Shown piece by piece: positions 59,473 to 64,000 of a stretch of 64,000 nucleotides of DNA. How positions within the stretch are numbered: position 1 is the stretch's first letter; each line of letters opens with the position of its first letter. The stretch is from contig NC_135764.1 in NCBI RefSeq assembly GCF_052425735.1, positions 18,786,001 through 18,850,000 on the forward strand, written 5' to 3'. The notes beneath the pieces were generated by a model. The model was not told the origin of the DNA. It saw only the letters and a list, made by a program, of their open reading frames with translations, and searched no databases. A program made the translations under genes and the position numbers. This DNA comes from Oculina patagonica. Lineage: Eukaryota.

Positions 59473-60491
59473 CTAAGTGCTTGGTGGTAACTGTGTATTT
59501 GGAGGAATAATAAGCAATTCTTCACGCACAAAGCCGCGCTTTGGACCATCGTGCAAGTAATAAAGCACTGGCTGATCAGGTTTAGTAACAGACCTTTCAA
59601 TGCTGTAGACTTTTAATGACCAAATCGGATCTGTAGCCCTTTTTACGCCGCCTTCCAGCTCGCCAGGTTGGTAGAGAAAGCGCACATTAACGAGAGAGGG
59701 GAGTTTTTTTCTTTCTTGCCAACAGGTCTTGTATATTTTGAGGACGGTTTTGACGAAACAGCCTTTTCTTTGATTGCAGCAGCAGGTTTCTTACCAGTAA
59801 GACTGGTTACTTCGTTGTTCAGAGCGGCAACAACTTCGGGTAGCCTTTTTACCCACGCTGTCGACCGCTGGCCAGATGGCAGGGTCAACTCGACACCGTA
59901 CTGATAACCAAACAGGCGCTTTGCCAGTGTTTGATTAAAACGTTCAACAATGGCTTGATCTCTGTGAATGTTAACACGCCCGCGTCTAATATAGGTTTTG
60001 TGATTTTCCATTTCTTTAGTAACAGCTCCCATGAATTCGCGACCAGGGTCAACTTGCAGCATCTGTGGCCATTTTAGTGCACTTCGCCTGTAAATTGTCT
60101 CAAAACCTTTTGCAACCTCAGTTGAATCTTTGGAGGTCAAAGGCTCGGCCTCTTTGAAACGGCTGGCAACGTCAACAACAGTCAGCGCGTATTTGTAAAC
60201 TTTTCGCCCTCGCGGCAGTTTGTCGTGTGGCAGAAAAAGAAGGTCCGCCTGGTGGACCGCGTTAGGAGAAGAAACATCGAATTTTGGGCGAGGAACGTAT
60301 CGTGGTGCCGGTAGGTAGATCTGCCAAAGGGCCTGCTTAACTAGCCACTTTTTTGCGGCATCTTCGGAAACCTTAGCAGCCTCGGCTAATTTTTTTATCG
60401 CAGCAATTCCCTTCCAGTAGCCCTGGGGGCTATAGTAGACTTTCGAGATTTTCTTCGAAAAGTTTTGCTCCGCAAAAATCTTTGCATCCAT
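59473..60491 (-). CDS. Retroviral-like (rve) integrase of the Polinton, frameshifted at about 59705
   Basis: HQADLLFL, LTVVDVASRF, LQVDPGREF, AIVERFNQTL (D-D-E). The C-terminal domain RATDPIWS...GPKRGFVREEL lies in the -1 frame. Confidence 0.92.
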
Positions 60492-60517
60492 GCGTATACA
60501 AGAAAAAAAAGAAACGT

Positions 60518-60943
60518 TTAAAGAAACCGAAAGGCAGCGTACCCAAGTGCAAGCGCGCCAGCGCCAACGAACATAAGTTCACCTTGTTTCTGCTGCTCGC
60601 TTGGCTGATAAAAATCAGAGAACTTGGGCTCTTTCGGAGGAATCATTTGTTTGTCAGGATGTGCCTGGTTGTAGAGTTTGAAAGCGTAGTCTGTGTTCGT
60701 AAAGTTTTGTTTCGCTTGCTGTTTGATCTCATTGTTGGTTTCGATCCAGTCGAGAAGCTTCGTGCGGTCGCGAGAGTACTTCGCGTAAGCTGCCTGGTAA
60801 GCCTCGAGAGCTTTGTCGTGTCTTTCTTTTTCTTTCAAAGCGGCGTCATCTCCGCCACCCAAAGCTCGAGCAAGATAGTTGCCGCCAATGAAAGCAGCAG
60901 CGTTCAAGATAGCTCCGCCAGCCATAATCGCTACGCTTGCCAT
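60518..60943 (-). CDS. Polinton small protein, 141 aa, with hydrophobic termini and a central coiled coil
   Basis: Intact ORF within the minus-strand gene array, preceded by a TATA-like motif. Confidence 0.75.
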   Translation of the reverse strand: MASVAIMAGGAILNAAAFIGGNYLARALGGGDDAALKEKERHDKALEAYQAAYAKYSRDRTKLLDWIETNNEIKQQAKQNFTNTDYAFKLYNQAHPDKQMIPPKEPKFSDFYQPSEQQKQGELMFVGAGALALGYAAFRFL

Positions 60944-60978
60944 AGTAGAACTTTGTTCTTATATTATGATATTTTTTT

Positions 60979-61197
60979 TTAATTGGTGGGGAGAATTTTC
61001 TGGTCCTCGAGATACTGTTTAAGTGCAACGCTGCCAGCCATGACGGCTGTGAACTTTACATAGTTCATAAAACTGCTGCTTGGGTCGGATGTGAAGTTTT
61101 CTTTTACAACTTTTTTGGCAGCCCAGCCGATTCCGGCGGCGAGACCTGTAATGGTGGCGGCATCCATGAGCGTTTTCACGAGCTTGTTGTCGGACAT
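60979..61197 (-). CDS. Polinton small amphipathic protein, 72 aa
   Basis: Intact ORF in Kozak context (gccATG), co-oriented in the array. Confidence 0.7.
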   Translation of the reverse strand: MSDNKLVKTLMDAATITGLAAGIGWAAKKVVKENFTSDPSSSFMNYVKFTAVMAGSVALKQYLEDQKILPTN

Positions 61198-61248
61198 GGC
61201 GGTTCAGTATAAAATAATAAAAAATATTCAATTGAAAAATTTTTTTGT

Positions 61249-61464
61249 TTATTCTTCACCGTTTTGCGAAGCAAAGTTTGCAACTTCTTCACCAGATTCA
61301 ACTTCTTTTGTTTTTTTTATACCTCTTTTAAAAATTGTATCCTCATCCTTATGCATCCGAACAGCGGTTTTAACGCAAGTTTTGGTAAATTCAAACCAAA
61401 GTAATGCAATACCACCCATAGCTGCACCTTTAACAAGGCTGTCAAGAATAAAATCAATGAACAT
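61249..61464 (-). CDS. Polinton small membrane-anchored protein, ~71 aa (start MFIDFIL)
   Basis: ATG at 61464 preceded by ttatac, like the neighbouring genes; N-terminal hydrophobic segment. Confidence 0.55.
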   Translation of the reverse strand: MFIDFILDSLVKGAAMGGIALLWFEFTKTCVKTAVRMHKDEDTIFKRGIKKTKEVESGEEVANFASQNGEE

Positions 61465-61507
61465 TGTCGGTATAATAAATGAAAAATAAATATTCAAAAG
61501 AAATTTT

Positions 61508-62047
61508 TTAATCCATCGGACGGATTCCTCTTTTCGGTTGCGGAATTCTAGAGCCCGTTTGGCGCGTGTCTAAAGAACGCGTTGCAACCCTTCCAATACT
61601 TTCTGCTGTAACTGGTGTGTCATCAGTTATAAGAGTTGGCGGAGCTTTAAATGTTGGACTTCTTTTTTCGTTTATAAAGGCTTTTATGTCTTCGCGTTTC
61701 ACATAAGTTGTAACGATTGCAACGCCGATACCAAGCAAAGATATCCATTGATTTGTGGTGAGACCGCTTGATTGCGGCTGAGCCTCGGGAGGAGCTGGTT
61801 CCGTTACGGCCGGTGGTGTTACACTTCGCTTAGCAGATGCAGATTTCTTTTCCTTTTCTTTTGCAATTATTGCAGCAGCCTCGACAGCAGCTTTTTTCTG
61901 TGCTTCACGAGCCTGTTTTGTTTTTTCAGCTGCAAGCTTGCCAGCAGCAACTCGCTTTGGATTTTTGGCAGGCTTTGTTGCTGGAGTTGTTGAAGTAACT
62001 TGTTTCTGTTCTTCTTGAGCGATCGGAGTTTGTTCGAGCTCGGCCAT
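61508..62047 (-). CDS. Polinton protein with basic KNPKRVAAGK motif and one hydrophobic segment, 179 aa
   Basis: Intact ORF with TAAATG start context. Confidence 0.75.
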   Translation of the reverse strand: MAELEQTPIAQEEQKQVTSTTPATKPAKNPKRVAAGKLAAEKTKQAREAQKKAAVEAAAIIAKEKEKKSASAKRSVTPPAVTEPAPPEAQPQSSGLTTNQWISLLGIGVAIVTTYVKREDIKAFINEKRSPTFKAPPTLITDDTPVTAESIGRVATRSLDTRQTGSRIPQPKRGIRPMD

Positions 62048-62145
62048 TTATAATAAAAAAAAATAATATTTAAATAGAAAATTGCTCAGCAAGATTTTTT
62101 GCTGAGCAATTGCTAAGCATTGTTCAGTAATTACTTAGCATTTTC

Positions 62146-62760
62146 TTAGCATTGCTCAGAAAAATCTTCAGTAGTGTTTGTGTCCGCATCTTTGGAAGCA
62201 CCTTTGGTTTCGCACAGCGAAGTGTGCGACTTTGTAGCTTCGTTTAAATCAATGTGCTTTGTTGTGATGAGCGCAGCATTTGCAACGGCAAGAAAGCGAC
62301 CACATTTCAAAGCCAGACCGCCAGCCAAAGTTGACAGCTCTTTACTGATGATGTAGTCGTTTTTTAGTTCCTTTTGATAATCATTGACGTCCTTGATATT
62401 TACGGCCATACCAACGACTTTAGTTACAAGAAAAATAAAGCTGTCGATCAAGCTGTCGGTTGTTTTGGATCCAACGTATGCCTCATATCTCTTTAAGTAC
62501 TTTTCGACTTCTTTATCTGTCAAGCGCTTCACCTGCTCGTGTGTCAGTTGCACACCGATTGCTTCTTTGGCTTTTCCTGTTGAAACAAGGATTGCAAGCT
62601 GTTCACGCAAAGCAGGAATGTCAGGGCCCTGAATGAGTGCCATAGCGCTTTCTGTACTTTCTGGTTCAGCTCCTAGCAGTTCCATTACGGAAGCTAATTC
62701 TTGTTCACTTGCAGCGCCCTTGACGCTCTCGGGAGGAGAAGTTGCGAACGGGTCAGCCAT
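62146..62760 (-). CDS. Polinton hypothetical protein, 204 aa
   Basis: Intact helical-looking ORF directly after the ATPase, TAAATG start context. Confidence 0.75.
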   Translation of the reverse strand: MADPFATSPPESVKGAASEQELASVMELLGAEPESTESAMALIQGPDIPALREQLAILVSTGKAKEAIGVQLTHEQVKRLTDKEVEKYLKRYEAYVGSKTTDSLIDSFIFLVTKVVGMAVNIKDVNDYQKELKNDYIISKELSTLAGGLALKCGRFLAVANAALITTKHIDLNEATKSHTSLCETKGASKDADTNTTEDFSEQC

Positions 62761-62781
62761 TTATTACTCTAAAAAATATGT

Positions 62782-63381
62782 TCAATAAGAAAAAATTGTG
62801 CCGTAAGGGTGGCGATGAGAAATGACAAGATGCGAAAACTTATTTTTTTTTAGCTTTAAAATGATTTCTTTGTAATCCTCATTGGCAAGTTCGCCAGCGT
62901 AATCCTCAAAGATTGCCTTCGTGGTCTTGGCAGAGGGGGTGTAAAAGAAAACGATTGCCGCCACATTTTCGCGGAATGAGGCTGTTATGCTTGTCATTTT
63001 TTGAGTTAACACCCATATGCTCAAGCCTGCGTGGCGAGCAGAGAAAGCAAGATTGACCAACTCCCCTGTTCTTCCCTTTACATCTTTCGAAGCAGCGCAG
63101 TCGTCGAGGATGATAAGCGTGTTCGTACCCTCAAAAAGAAATCTTGAAAGCCTTAACCAAGATTCCACCTCGTGCTGCTCGCAAATGAAAACAAAAAATC
63201 GAATATCTTCCTCAGCAAAGCGATAATAAGTCTTGTTGTGCTCGAAAGTCGGGCAGATGAGCACGATGTAGTCAAACTTGCCTCGGAAAGGGCCACAAAG
63301 CTGATTGACCACGTATCTTGTTTTTCCTGAGTTCGTTGGTCCCACAATGAGGGCGTTGAAGGGTATATTGGCAGAATCCAT
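62782..63381 (-). CDS. A32/FtsK-like DNA packaging ATPase
   Basis: Walker A GPTNSGKT, Walker B LIILDD, ARH...WVLTQ, FREN. Confidence 0.93.
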   Translation of the reverse strand: MDSANIPFNALIVGPTNSGKTRYVVNQLCGPFRGKFDYIVLICPTFEHNKTYYRFAEEDIRFFVFICEQHEVESWLRLSRFLFEGTNTLIILDDCAASKDVKGRTGELVNLAFSARHAGLSIWVLTQKMTSITASFRENVAAIVFFYTPSAKTTKAIFEDYAGELANEDYKEIILKLKKNKFSHLVISHRHPYGTIFSY

Positions 63382-63395
63382 GCTTCGTTCGTATA

Positions 63396-64000
63396 TTATA
63401 AAAGCACAGATTCTAACTGCCTGCCAATTATATTCATTTGGGCGTCGCTGATTACGTAAATGTGGCAGTTCAAATTACCTGAGCCGCTTGCTTTCCTCTC
63501 TAGCTCAAGCTGGACACCGTCCTTTGTGTTCACAAGGCGCGTGCCGCTTCCGTGCATCGAGTGGTCAGCCATGGAACGCAGATCAATAAGAAGGCCAAAC
63601 TTGTCTTCTGTGTAAAACTTTTGCAGAGTCATGTGCTGCGTTTTATTTTTTTCTTTCATGTAGAATCTTTTAACTTCTCCCCAAATGTCCATTCCTTCGA
63701 TGCCGTTGTTGTACAGCATGTTTGGCGAGCCGTTGACAGTGATGCTTACTTTTGTAAGGTCCGGGTTAATGTACTTTTCCGAGCTCCTTGCACCTTTGTT
63801 ATATTGCTCAATAAATAGGAGCAAGATACCTTTCATGGACCTCCTCTGCGGGTTGACCCTTAGATTCAGACGTGTGTCGGAGCCTTTTGCAAAAGTCGTC
63901 ACTTTATCACGCTGGATGTGGTCGTAAGCGAACTCTTTGCCGCCCGAATAAGCGCTGAACGCTTCATCTGCAATTTCCTTGCTTCTTATCATCTCGTACT
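63396..64000 (-). CDS. Probable major capsid protein (double jelly-roll), C-terminal part
   Basis: Frame is open to the window edge. Beta-strand-rich (RSMKGILLLF, KVSITVNG, KFGLLIDLR, CHIYVISDA). Lies next to the ATPase. Assignment by context and recall. Confidence 0.7.
   Translation of the reverse strand, partial: YEMIRSKEIADEAFSAYSGGKEFAYDHIQRDKVTTFAKGSDTRLNLRVNPQRRSMKGILLLFIEQYNKGARSSEKYINPDLTKVSITVNGSPNMLYNNGIEGMDIWGEVKRFYMKEKNKTQHMTLQKFYTEDKFGLLIDLRSMADHSMHGSGTRLVNTKDGVQLELERKASGSGNLNCHIYVISDAQMNIIGRQLESVLL

Larger units (their letters stand above)
54700..64000. mobile_element. Endogenous Polinton/Maverick (adintovirus-like) element, partial; left boundary approximate, continues past the window
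   Basis: Dense intronless ORFs including protein-primed PolB, rve integrase, A32-like ATPase and a capsid-like ORF. Abrupt change in composition relative to host DNA. Confidence 0.93.

Overview
Eukaryotic, intron-containing, repeat-rich DNA. Gene content and transposon families suggest an anthozoan cnidarian such as a stony coral (inference). Three blocks. (1) 1.6-28.9 kb: a compact set of intact genes that looks like an animal small-molecule biosynthetic gene cluster. It holds an 8-exon cytochrome P450 with a non-canonical I-helix (ANVDIT, GliC-like from recall), head-to-head with a 3-exon tRNA-dependent cyclodipeptide synthase (CDPS, NYH type). Next come an MFS transporter head-to-head with a carnitine/choline-acyltransferase-fold gene that has lost the catalytic His motif, then a tRNA-Ser(UGA) gene and an intronless sulfotransferase-family gene. 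(2) 32-53 kb: two head-to-head pairs of conserved genes (FNTB/TMEM245 and TEX49-like/TAMM41) with many MITEs. (3) About 54.7 kb to the end: part of an endogenous Polinton/Maverick (adintovirus-like) element with pPolB, integrase, packaging ATPase, a probable major capsid gene and several small ORFs; pPolB and integrase each carry one frameshift. Exon structures were derived by hand from splice signals and frame continuity. No database searches were run.
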